Part shown: piece by piece, positions 37,041-47,827 of the stretch
Position numbering within the stretch: position 1 is the stretch's first letter
Layout: each line of letters starts with the position of its first letter
Source: Octopus bimaculoides
Lineage: Eukaryota
Assembly (NCBI RefSeq): GCF_001194135.2
Contig: NC_068984.1
Span: 52,265,363-52,313,189, forward strand
Length of the DNA stretch: 47,827 nt
Direction: 5' to 3'
Program-made: the position numbers and the translations under genes
The notes under the pieces: generated by a model
Seen by the model: only the letters and a program-made list of their open reading frames with translations
What the model was told of the DNA's origin: nothing
Database searches by the model: none

Positions 37041-37617
37041 TATTTAACACTCTATAAATATGTCACATAATATGTCTCTACACATTCATATATTTATACT
37101 TTTAGTTTTCTTACTAATGCTAAATCTATTAGGTATTATTAATTGCTGGGTAGTAGCCATGTTGGAGCACTTAGTATTGATTCCAATAGTTTGTCTGTTA
37201 CTTATTTTTTCCATCTCAGTAGAAAGAGAAGCAAAGTTGCTCTAGGTGTAAAAGAAACAGAACACTATATCACAAGGTATTTCTGTTTGATACTCTTAAT
37301 CAGTTGCATTCCAAGACATATATACATGTACACATAAACACATAAATACGCACACACATTTGAAGGTGTCAGTAACAATGTTAGCCACAATCAATAAAAA
37401 TGTACTTGGCACATGGAATGTAGACTTGATATATATATATATGACCGCAGCCACTTGGCTGAAACACATAAATAAATAAATAAATATATATATATATTAT
37501 TACAATTAAAAGGGTAAAGGTTTATCAATTTATTAATTTATTAATAAATTTTACCAAGCCCTTCGGTATGTAAACACCATTATCGGTGGAGAACTTATTT
37601 AAAAGTTCTTATACATT

Positions 37618-37744
37618 TATAAACATAATTAAGGGATCAGCAAACATTTGCTTCACCACATACCAAAGTTTAGAAATAGCAGCTATTTCTGAACTTTGGT
37701 ATGTGGTGAAGCAAATGTTTGCTGATCCCTTAATTATGTTTATA
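37618..37744. repeat. Near-perfect palindrome (63-bp arms, 1-nt loop)
   Basis: Checked base by base: 62 of 63 pairs are Watson-Crick, with one T:G at 37671:37691; loop A at 37681. Confidence 0.97.
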
Positions 37745-37784
37745 TATATAGATAGATGGAGAGGGACAAAGCTAGGTATATATA

Positions 37785-37828
<44 letters not shown>

Positions 37829-38790
37829 TAGATAGATAGATGGAGAGGGACAAAGATAGGTATATATGTATGTGTGTGTGTGTGTGTATGTGTGTGGACA
37901 AAGTAACATGGATCTTGGATTACATCATGGGAAGTTTGTAGCTTATTTCCCCTTCCTATACCTAATTCATTGTAATAAGTTTTTGTTCTCTCACAGCCTC
38001 ATGTTTGCTCCTATTCTTTTTCTGCCCTTTTCAATAATGACAAATACACTGTACCTATTGTTAACTGTTTGCTACTTATTAATTATTCATGTGTGTGTGT
38101 GTGTGTGTTATAAGTGGTAATCCCCAGAAATTCTTGGATTATAGGTATAATCACAACAGAGCAAGCCAGCTTTGTAGATCATCTATCACAGTTATACTCT
38201 CAAAGACAATTGAACAGGTAGAGTTGAAAGCTAGACAAATTAACACTTGTCAAATTTACAATGTTCCTACTAATTATAACAACAAGGATTTCTTCCTAAC
38301 TTATTTAGTTCATATTTACAGCTAGGTTGGATGACCCATTTAAGTGTTTCGGCACAGACTCACCATATTACTTGTGGCTAACTTCTTAATAAGTCATTTC
38401 AGAGACTATTGATTTAAGGAGTTTTACTCTCTAAACAAAAGTTCTGTTGAAGACGTAAGGAAATTTTCAAGCATTTATGTTCAAGTCTTCATATGGCCTT
38501 GGAAAAGGAAAGATCTTATACAATATATTGTTGTGTCTGGGGAGAGTCATTCTCTTTTGGTGCCTTATAATTTAACACACTCACTGGTAAAATTTCTACT
38601 TAATTCTTTTTTATTTTTCTAAAATTTTTGTTGCGCCTTGCAACCTTTTCAGTAGTTTTGACTGTCTGTTATTCACACTGTGTTCCTTTTTGTTTGTGCA
38701 TGTGTGTGTGTGTGTGTGTGTGTGCATATGTATCTATTTATGTGTGTATATTTGTATGTATGTATTCTGCAGTATACATACATACAAATG

Positions 38791-38950
38791 TGGAGTCTTT
38801 GACATTAGGAAGGGCATCCAGCCATAGAAACCAAGCCAAAACAGACTGAAGGCAGGTGCAACTCTCTGGCTTACCAGTTAGTCAAATCATTTAACCTGTA
38901 CTAGCATGGAAAATGGACTGAAATGATAATGACAACAAGGATGATGATGG
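38791..38950 (+). mobile_element. RTE-type 3' tail
   Basis: TTAGGAAGGGCATCCAGCCATAGAAAC...CTAGCATGGAAAATGGAC...GATGATG. Confidence 0.75.
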
Positions 38951-38964
38951 TGTGATTGTGCATG

Positions 38965-39004
<40 letters not shown>

Positions 39005-39526
39005 CTGCATATGACATTAAATTAGATCCAGAGGTGAGGCTCTACTTCAGGAGTTCTGAAGTTGTGGGGAGCGTGGAGTCACCTCTTAATTACCATTACT
39101 CCCAGGTCCATTCTGACCCAGGTCAGGGCCCCATCTATAGATTAAATAGATTTCCCAGGAGTAGAGGAGCTTCTCATTATTTTTGACAAACCCATGAGGA
39201 AGGCAGCTCTTCTAAGAGTAAGACACTGACATAAAACTTGCAGTCAAAATAGTACCAGTCATCTCGCAATGCTTGTCACTGGAATCTTCTAAGGTGACCA
39301 GAACAGTGACAAAAGTGTTGTACAAGTTTTTATCACTTAAATCCAATGAGGTATTGATGACTCACTATTCATTTCTTTATCTGTTTTGGGTTTTATAAAA
39401 TCCTATAGTGATGGATGAATGGCTGGCCTGGAAAGTCATATCAGTGCACATATAGAGATGACAGTAAATCAGAACAGTCAGGTTGAATGTGAGATTGGTA
39501 TCATCTGAGAAGGTGAGGCAATCATC

Positions 39527-39563
<37 letters not shown>

Positions 39564-39589
39564 CAACATCATCAATATATATATATGAA

Positions 39590-39850
39590 GGCTGTATTGT
39601 AGATGTTAGGGTGTTACACTTTCAATTCCAAGATTGTTATTTCAATTACTGCACTAGGTGGTGCATTGTGTTCTTGAACAAAATACTTCACTTCATGTTC
39701 CTCTACAAAATCATTTCGACATCTGTTGTATGCACTTGACAAGCAATGTCAATTTGATGGAGGGAGTGAGCTAATGTACAGCACAAATATTTGCTCGCTA
39801 TAAACAAATCACCTGTGCATGTTGTTTGGCAAGAAGTTGCAGAATCCTCG
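39590..39850 (+). mobile_element. Old family-C-like SINE with a third tail type
   Basis: TTGTGTTCTTGAACAAAATACTTCACTTCATGTT resembles the family C core. Confidence 0.45.
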
Positions 39851-40139
39851 TCTGTCATCTATGACAGGAAAATCTACCTGTAATTCAGATGACCAGCCTT
39901 GTCACACTGAATCTCCCTGAGAACTATATTAAGGGTATATGTGTCTGTGGAGTGCTCAGCCACTTGCACGTTAATTTCATGAGCAAGCTATTCTGTTGCC
40001 TTGATCAACTGGAACACTTGTCATCGTGACCAACAAAGTGCCAGTAAATGTATGTATCTTGCCTTTGAAATGCGGAGTCAATGGAGCAGGGACAACTGAA
40101 GAAGGGTAACATTATTTATGTTGTATGTCTCGTTTATCT

Positions 40140-40320
40140 GTTTTTTTGGTTGTTCGAAAAAAAGTTCGTTTTCTGTCTTCGTCTTTGTTTTTGTTTCTCA
40201 TTGTGTTTAACGTTTTTTGCGATGTCCTGTAGCCATATATGCTTGTATGTATACATATAGATGTAGGTATGTACATATATGTATGGATATATGCATATAA
40301 TTATATATTATTTATGTTAT
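40140..40320. repeat. Interspersed repeat fragment, copy 1 (partner 42215-42400)
   Basis: TTGTTCGAAAAA(A)GTTCGTTTTCTG...GTATACATATAGATGTAGGTATGTACATATATGTATGGATATATGCATATA occurs at both sites. Confidence 0.85.
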
Positions 40321-41284
40321 ATATATATATATGGATTTAGCATAACCTGCCTGTATATGAGATTTGTATTACTATGCTTTTATATGAAAGTGATGAATAC
40401 ACATGTATGATGGAGTATATAAAGTCACATATATACTTATTTATATTTAATTACTTTACTAAATTTTATATATAATTAAATTATATCTATTTAATGGTTT
40501 CACACAGGTATCTTGATGAATGATTACATACACATATATACATGTATATTTGTATGTATGTGTGTGTATGTTGACAAAAATCACATGAATAGTATGAATA
40601 AGATCATGAAGCAAAGAGATGGCATACAAATGAATAATATATGGAGCCAGACATGTAGAAGCACATGACAGAAAGAGCAGAAAAACACAAAGCAAAAAAT
40701 ATAAATTTGTTAAGTGTACAATGAAGGTAAATATTCAGACATGAAAAGATAAAGTATCAAGAAAGGTAAGAGAAAGAGGAAAAACTATGACATCAAACCC
40801 ATAATGTCTGTGTACTTGGCAGGTCCAAGGTAAATGTAGATATAGATACTCCTTTATTTGTAACAACAAAGCTTACAGATACAAAATAAAGAACACCATT
40901 CTTCAGGAACTAGAGTTTGTTAGTTTTCTTTATTGAATTTCACAGGGATAATTCTGTTCAATTGAAACAGGATTAGACCTGTAAAACACCAAATAATGTG
41001 TGTGTGTGTGTGCGTGTGTGCATGTGTGCGTGCATGTGTGTTGTTCAGCTCCCAAAGCAAATTTGATATGTTTTTTCCAGACAAAGTGTATCTCTGATTA
41101 CATTATGCAAGACGAGATGTGTTTCTGTATAAACTTAGCAGCTATTTCATGCAGATCAAGCAACCACTTAAAGATCACCTTGTTAGCTTCTCTGTGTGTA
41201 TATCTGAATGTGTGCATGTATTTATTTATTTATGTATGTATATATATATATATATATATATATTTCTGCTGCTTTTAAATAAAG

Positions 41285-41316
<32 letters not shown>

Positions 41317-41354
41317 TATATATGTGTGTGTATGTATGTATCTATCTATATATA

Positions 41355-41388
<34 letters not shown>

Positions 41389-41390
41389 CA

Positions 41391-41800
41391 TTGCTTCCCA
41401 ACCACATGGTTCTGGGTTCAATCCCACTGCATGGCACCTTGGACAAGTGTCTTCTACTATAGCCTCGGGCTGACCAAAGCCCTGTGAGTGGATTTGGTAG
41501 ACAGAAACTAGAAGAAGCCTGTCGTACATACACACACACACACACACACACATATGTGTATGTATGTATATCTTTGATATATTTGTGTGTGTGTTTGTGT
41601 TTGTCCCCCTGCCATTGCTTGACAACAAATGCTGGTGTGTTTATGTCCGCATAACCTAGTGGTTCAGCAAAAGAGACTGATAGAATAAGTACTACGCTTA
41701 CAAAGAATAAGTCCTGGGGTCAATTTTTCGACTAACACCATTTAAGACGGTGCTCCAGCATGGCCGCAGTCAAATGACTGAAACAAGTAAAAGAATAAAA
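41391..41800 (+). mobile_element. SINE family A, near full length, young
   Basis: TTGCTTCCCAACCACATGG...GGTTCAATCCC (B-box-like) through GACTGAAACAAGTAAAAGA. Confidence 0.92.
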
Positions 41801-42214
41801 AAATATGTATATATCTGTAAGGATAATATAATATAATATAAGGATCAAAGATAACAGGCTTTAATAGTAAATCACAACATTCGTTTCTGCACTGCACACC
41901 AGCTTTAAGTTGGTGTGTTTATATTCATATATTATTATAGAAGATCATTCTTTGCAATTACAATACAATTGAATGTTGCTCAACAACAGCTTTGTGTTGG
42001 CACTTCATCAGGGGCAGAATGTGATTAATTCCTGTTGGATTCTTCTGAATTTTCTGGATAAATGATGTACATTTCAATCAGTCAATCAAGTTGTCAGGTT
42101 CCAGGGGATATAAGCATATGAGCTAAAATTACAATATCACCACCAACCACAACAAAAAACACACACACACACACGCGCGTGCGTGCGTGCGTGCGTGTAT
42201 TGTTTCTCTGTTTT

Positions 42215-42385
42215 TTTGTTGTTCGAAAAAAGTTCGTTTTCTGTTTTCATTTTTATGTTTTCGTTTCTCATTGTGTTTAACGTTTTTTTTTTTTGTGCCC
42301 TGTACCCATATATGCATGTATGTATACATATAGATGTAGGTATGTACATATATGTATGGATATATGCATATATCTATATATTATT

Positions 42386-42400
<15 letters not shown>
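42215..42400. repeat. Interspersed repeat fragment, copy 2 (partner 40140-40320)
   Basis: See copy 1. Confidence 0.85.
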
Positions 42401-42427
<27 letters not shown>

Positions 42428-42883
42428 TTTGATTGAAGTTTGAAATATCTGAAAATAAATATTAAGAAGCTGCTACAATGCAAAAGGAATTATAAATGGT
42501 TCTTAATTCGTTTGATAAGATACTCCTTCATAGTGGTAAAAGTGGACAGTGTTGCCTATTGGAATATCACCGCTTATTTGTCATGCATGAAGTGACTATG
42601 ACACCAAAGCAAACTAACAACACACAAATATCAAAATGGTTATCACAGTCAACTCGTAGATGACTGAACATCTGCATCTATTTCAGTTGATGGCTCTGGT
42701 CATATTTTTATTTTTTCCTCATCAATATGTACCTTACATGATACATATATATATATATATATAAAGAACTTTTATTTATAGCTTCATTTGCATTTGTAGC
42801 AACATCTTAAATACATGCTGTACATTCATACATACATGCATAGATACATACAATCACGCACGCACGCGCACACACATACACAC

Positions 42884-42920
<37 letters not shown>

Positions 42921-43873
42921 ACTATATTGTCCTTCGTAACAAAAGTAAAAGTTGGCAGTATTATATTTTCTCTGATACACATGAGTATGTGCACGCATAC
43001 ACAAAACCACACAAACCCACATAAGTACTCATACACTTACATATAGGTATGTATACTTTTACTTTACATACATACACACAGTTTATGCTAATAAATATGT
43101 ATTTCTGTGCATGTGTGTGTGTGTGAATCCGCATAGCTTCTTGGCTACAAGAACCATTTTCCTATGGGCTACTCCTACAAATGGAACATATTTGGAATCA
43201 AGATAACCCTGGGTATGCTTCTCTACTACTTTGTAACACAAATACAGACCACCCTATAACACTTTCAGTTCTTGCAGTCAGGAAAATGTAAACTAAGAAA
43301 TATAACAATGAATGCAAAAGTATAGAAAGCAAACAATCTGAATATTGGTAGGAGAATCATATTTAACCAATTCAGAAACTGAATGACAAGTAATAAGACT
43401 AATTAACACTTTTGGAACTCTTAATTTTCACATATATTTAAGCAGTAAAACACACTTTGTGTTGGTAGGAGTAAAATATCAATGAATCACAATTTTGACA
43501 TAGATTTAACCCTTTACTTCCAGACAAAATCCACGGAACATGAAGTGATAGTCTGTTTCCTCATATTGAATTTGTTTCTCCAAAAAGGAAAAATTTCTTA
43601 AATAGCATGATGAGTTAACTTAATTTTTCTTTCAGATAGTTTTAGAAGTAAAATTAGAGTTCATAAATAGTAAAGATTATATTTATTTTCATTGAAATAA
43701 TATTAGAAAATTTGTGGACATTGATATGAAGCTAGAAAGTTGGCAAAAAAAGATAACAAGTGAGGAGAAATGATAAACTAACAAAAAAAAATAAAATACA
43801 GAAGCCAGAATAGTATATGTATGTATACACACACTCATATGAATTTGCACATGTGCATATATATATATATATG

Positions 43874-44030
43874 CGGGTATGGCTGTGTGGTTAGGAAGCT
43901 TGCTTCCCAGCTACATGGTTTCGGGTTCAGTACCACCGCATGGCACCTTGGGCAAGTGTCTTCTGCTATAGCCCCGAGCCGACCGAAGCATTGCGATTGA
44001 ATTTGGTAGGCGGAAGTTACTGCCGCATGT
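43874..44030 (+). mobile_element. SINE family A 5' half
   Basis: GGTATGGCTGTGTGGTTAGG (A-box-like), GGTTCAGTACC, CTTGGGCAAGTGTCTTCT. Confidence 0.88.
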
Positions 44031-44077
44031 GTATATGTCTGTGTACGTGCTTGTGCCTCTCTCCCAGAGAATGAGAG

Positions 44078-44164
<87 letters not shown>

Positions 44165-44289
44165 CACACACTTACATATACATATATGTATATATCTAAA
44201 TAGATACATACATGTATATATTTATATATACTTATATATATTCATGTACATATATGTGTAAATATATATATATATATACACACACACGT

Positions 44290-44321
<32 letters not shown>

Positions 44322-44386
44322 CTATATTTAATATATACACACACATGGACATTAAATGATGATGATGAGTCATTCACACATGCTAC

Positions 44387-44429
44387 TCCAGACTGATGAC
44401 GAGCAAAGACTCAGAAACATGTCTCTGGA
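44387..44429 (+). ncRNA. Minimal type I hammerhead-like fold
   Basis: TCCAGA CTGATGA C GAG CAAAGA CTC A GAAA CATG TC TCTGGA. Six-bp stem I, palindromic ACATGT helix III, GUC cleavage triplet; extra C and A flank helix II. Confidence 0.7.
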
Positions 44430-45164
44430 TGCAGGCTTAGCTAAGTGGAGGTGCTTGTCTCCTCCTTGTAAACATGAGGACACAGGAAATGTGTCAAGGC
44501 CGACAAGAAGCGGTGCTGCTTCCTAGGGCTAAATACCAGTAGTATTATTCCCTTCATGGGACAGTCACATTAAGTTGACACCATACAGCTACTTTATCGC
44601 ATCTTTACTGCCTAAATCTCTCAGAGATTTAGAAATGTATTATTTCTATATTTAAATAGTTTATATGAAATTCATATGATTGTGTGTATGCTTGACTGCC
44701 ACATGGGTTTGTGTGAATGCATGAATTCATGTGTTGGCATGGAGAACAGTCTTTTTGGTTTAACAATCAAAAAAACATTCTTATTACATAAAAATAGCTA
44801 AAAGTGCCAGTCCACTAATACCATATCAAACTCACTCATCTGTGTTTTTCTCTAAATGATAACAGCTGAAGATCAAGAAGCTTGCTCTTAACTGTGTACA
44901 GACACTCTTATAAAAACATAAGGATATTCACTTAGCAGCGGGAGTTTAAGAATCTTGCTATGAGGTATGGTGTTATACCTACAGCCGAAAACCAGATATA
45001 TTCACTATATGCACATGGTTCTTGTTCTCTGCATACACACAAGCAAATGTGCGCATACACACACAAATGTGCACATGCACACACACATACACACACACAT
45101 AAATGCCTTGAAAATAAAACATTTAAGAGCTGCTTGACTAATGTGACATTGAGTATATATGTTG

Positions 45165-45239
<75 letters not shown>

Positions 45240-45950
45240 CATGCGTGTGTATATACACACACATATATGTATATGTGTGTATGTGCATATATATATATAT
45301 ATATATATACATACATACACATACACACACACATGTGTTTCATTAAATACATGGTTGTGTTCAAGTTTAATTTTTCTTTTTGAAATTTTTTATATTATTA
45401 AGTTTTTTAATATTGGTTTAGAACATTAAAGTTCCTAAATTCATATTCAACATTTCCAGACTTTCACTGTCTCATTTTGAAGAATTGACTGGATTTGGCA
45501 TCTGCTTGTTTTTTTATATAGTGTTTCAATTCATGTAAATTTTTCTGGCAAAGACTCTTTGACCATTAGGCTTCTATGTCAATGGTGCCATATTAATTTC
45601 TTTTGTTGTGGTCAAACGTTTTTACTATTACATTTTCATAACAATAGCCACATGTTAATTCTGTGATGTGGGTGCTATTTGAATGTTTATTTTGACATTA
45701 TGTTGTTGTATAAGTATTGCCTTCATAGTTAATCTTCAATTTTTATCTGGAATTTTTATAGAATGTCTAAACATTATCCTCTTGTGTTTTTCTACCTAAC
45801 ATTGTTTTGTGGAGTGGTATAAAATTTTAGAATTGTTCCTTATTGTAAGTGCATAGTGAGCCTACAAGAGAGGATTGTACTTGTACATCTGATGAATCAG
45901 CTAGAATCAAGAATATATACATAAATTATTTACATATGTATATATATGTG

Positions 45951-45983
<33 letters not shown>

Positions 45984-45992
45984 TCTTTTTTT

Positions 45993-46350
45993 TCTTTTAC
46001 TTGTTTCAATCATTTGACTGTGGCCATGCTTGAGTACTGCCTTTAGTTGAACAAGCCTAGTACTTATTCTGTCGGCCTCTTCTGCCAAACTGCTAAGTTA
46101 CGGGGACGTAAACACACCAACATCAGTTGTCAAGCAATGGTGGGGGGGACAAACACAGACACACAAACATATATGTATATGTATATACAACGGGCTTCTT
46201 TCAGTTTCCATCAACCAAATCTACTCACAAGGCTTTGGTTGGCCCAAGGCTATAATAGAAGACACTTGCCCAAGGTGCCATGCAATAGGACTGAACCCAG
46301 AACCATGTGGTTGGGAAGCAAGCTTCTTACCACACAGCCACGCCTGTGCC
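45993..46350 (-). mobile_element. SINE family A, full length, young
   Basis: Complete tail, short microsatellite and head ending CCACACAGCCACGCCTGTGCC. Confidence 0.93.
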
Positions 46351-46526
46351 TATATACATATGTTACATACATGACACAAGACACTTTACTTTTATGCCAA
46401 AGTAATCATCAAAAGTTTGGCCAGTTCTTTGACATGATCCTTAAGTCTGTGGTATTTACGTAGCTTTGCAGCTACTAAATAATATACCATACATAAATAC
46501 ATCACACGCGTATGCACACATGCATT

Positions 46527-46690
46527 TCTTTTATTTGTTTCAGTCATTGGACTGTGACCATGTGACCATGCTTGAACTTAATCTCTCTATCTCTTTTATC
46601 CAAACCACTAAGTTACAGGGATGTAAACAAACCAGCACCGGTTGTCAAGCAGTGGTAGAGGACAAATGTACCACAGATACAAAGACACAC
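46527..46690 (-). mobile_element. SINE family A 3' half
   Basis: TTTGTTTCAGTCATTGGACTG...CTAAGTTACAGGGATGTAAAC. Confidence 0.8.
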
Positions 46691-46704
46691 ATTGAAATAT
46701 ACAT

Positions 46705-46786
<82 letters not shown>

Positions 46787-46997
46787 AAATAGTCATTTTA
46801 CTCTTGCCACCAGTCTCTTCTTTCTTATTACATACAATTAAACACAATTTGCCAGCCTAACTCTTTTGTCTTCCTGGCACTCATTTTATCACCAACATTG
46901 ATTTTGAATTTCCTCAAACAGAAAGTTGGAAATAAATATTAACCTTAAGTTGACCAGCACAAACAAGCTGGGAGTTAGGCTGTCTTTATAATCAGCA

Positions 46998-47210
46998 TCA
47001 TCATTGTAATGTCTACTTTTCTATGTCAGATGGAGTTTATTAAAGCAGATTTTCTATGGCCGGATGTCCATTCTGTTGTCATCCTTCACCTGTTTTCCAA
47101 CCAGGCAATATTTCTCCATTGGTGGACATGCTTTTACAGATGAGACAAAGGATATTTGTATGACAGTGGCAATCATTTTACAATTATCACATAATGTCAA
47201 AACAAGAGGA
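46998..47210 (-). mobile_element. RTE-tail-related repeat
   Basis: CATCATCAT...TTTCTATGGCCGGATGTCCATTCTGTTGTCATCC is the reverse of the RTE tail motif. Confidence 0.55.
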
Positions 47211-47264
47211 CACAAACATGCATGCACACACACACACACACACACGTACATGCATACATACATG

Positions 47265-47784
47265 ACTGGCTTCTTTCAGTTTCCATCAATCAAATCCATT
47301 CACAAGGCTTTGGCTTGCCCAGAACGATAGTAAAAATATGAAGAATTTTAGTCTTCACCTTGAAGAATTTTAGTCAAACAAATTGACAAATTGACACCAG
47401 TACTTTTTTTTTTAAAGCCTGTTACTTATTCTCTTGGTATCTTATACTGGACTGTTAAATTACAGGACATAAACACACCAGTACCAGTTGTCAAGCCATA
47501 CTGTGGAACAAAGAGAGACCCAAAGATATACACACGCGCACATAAAAAAAATTATCATATACTCTTTACTCTCTCTTTTACCTGTTTCAGTCATTTGACT
47601 GCGGCCATGCTGGAGCACCGCCTTTAGTCGAGCAAATCAACCCCAGAACTTATTCTTTGGAAGCCTAGTACTTATTCTATTGGTCTCTTTTGCCGAACCG
47701 CTAAGTTATGGGGACGTAAACACACCAGCATCGGTTGTCAAGCGATCTTGGGGTGACAAACACAGACATATACACAAACATACA

Positions 47785-47790
<6 letters not shown>
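47265..47790 (-). mobile_element. Three family A pieces: head fragment 47265-47330, old tail 47360-47540, young tail 47575-47790
   Basis: Direct match to other family A copies; 47575-47790 retains CpGs (GCGGCC, GCCGAACCG, GACGTAAAC). Confidence 0.88.

Positions 47791-47827
<37 letters not shown>

Noticed and set aside
37554-37590. Fifth functional hammerhead
   Set aside because: The core has several substitutions (CCGATAA, GAAG) and no valid NUH site. Kept only as a sign of Penelope-like ancestry.
46047-46463. Recurrent peptide ...RRHLPKVPCxGTEP... in ORFs at 6023, 19688, 25033, 41342, 43911 and 46047 as a gene family
   Set aside because: These are translations of the same non-coding SINE A head; stops and frames vary between copies.
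1-47827. CRISPR array, rRNA or prokaryotic operon
   Set aside because: No regularly spaced repeat-spacer array, no rRNA-like segment and no gene-dense region; the sequence is eukaryotic repeat-rich DNA.

Overview
AT-rich, repeat-saturated eukaryotic DNA with six N gaps and dense (TA)n/(CA)n/(GAT)n microsatellites. The SINE and RTE repertoire suggests a coleoid cephalopod, probably Octopus (inference from repeat recall, no search run). I cannot confidently identify any host protein-coding exon; most listed ORFs are microsatellite, SINE or gap artefacts. Supported content: (1) a decayed Ty3/Gypsy RNaseH-integrase fragment (1490-2950, minus) and a probable LTR end at the window start; (2) a young 5'-truncated RTE-type LINE whose ORF carries a C4HC3 PHD-like finger, an old RTE copy, and many RTE 3' tails; (3) at least three tRNA-headed SINE families with shuffled modules; (4) a TTAA-flanked piggyBac-like MITE. 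The most interesting signal is four minimal type I hammerhead-ribozyme-like folds (5378-5465 +, 5927-5962 -, 21715-21753 -, 44387-44429 +) of the kind known from Penelope-like retroelement termini. One lies inside and one just beyond a 200-bp-arm inverted repeat (4901-5753). Further degenerate copies adjoin a 63-bp near-perfect hairpin (37618-37744). Every ribozyme copy has at least one deviation from the canonical core, so activity is unproven. Repeat boundaries were read by eye and are approximate.
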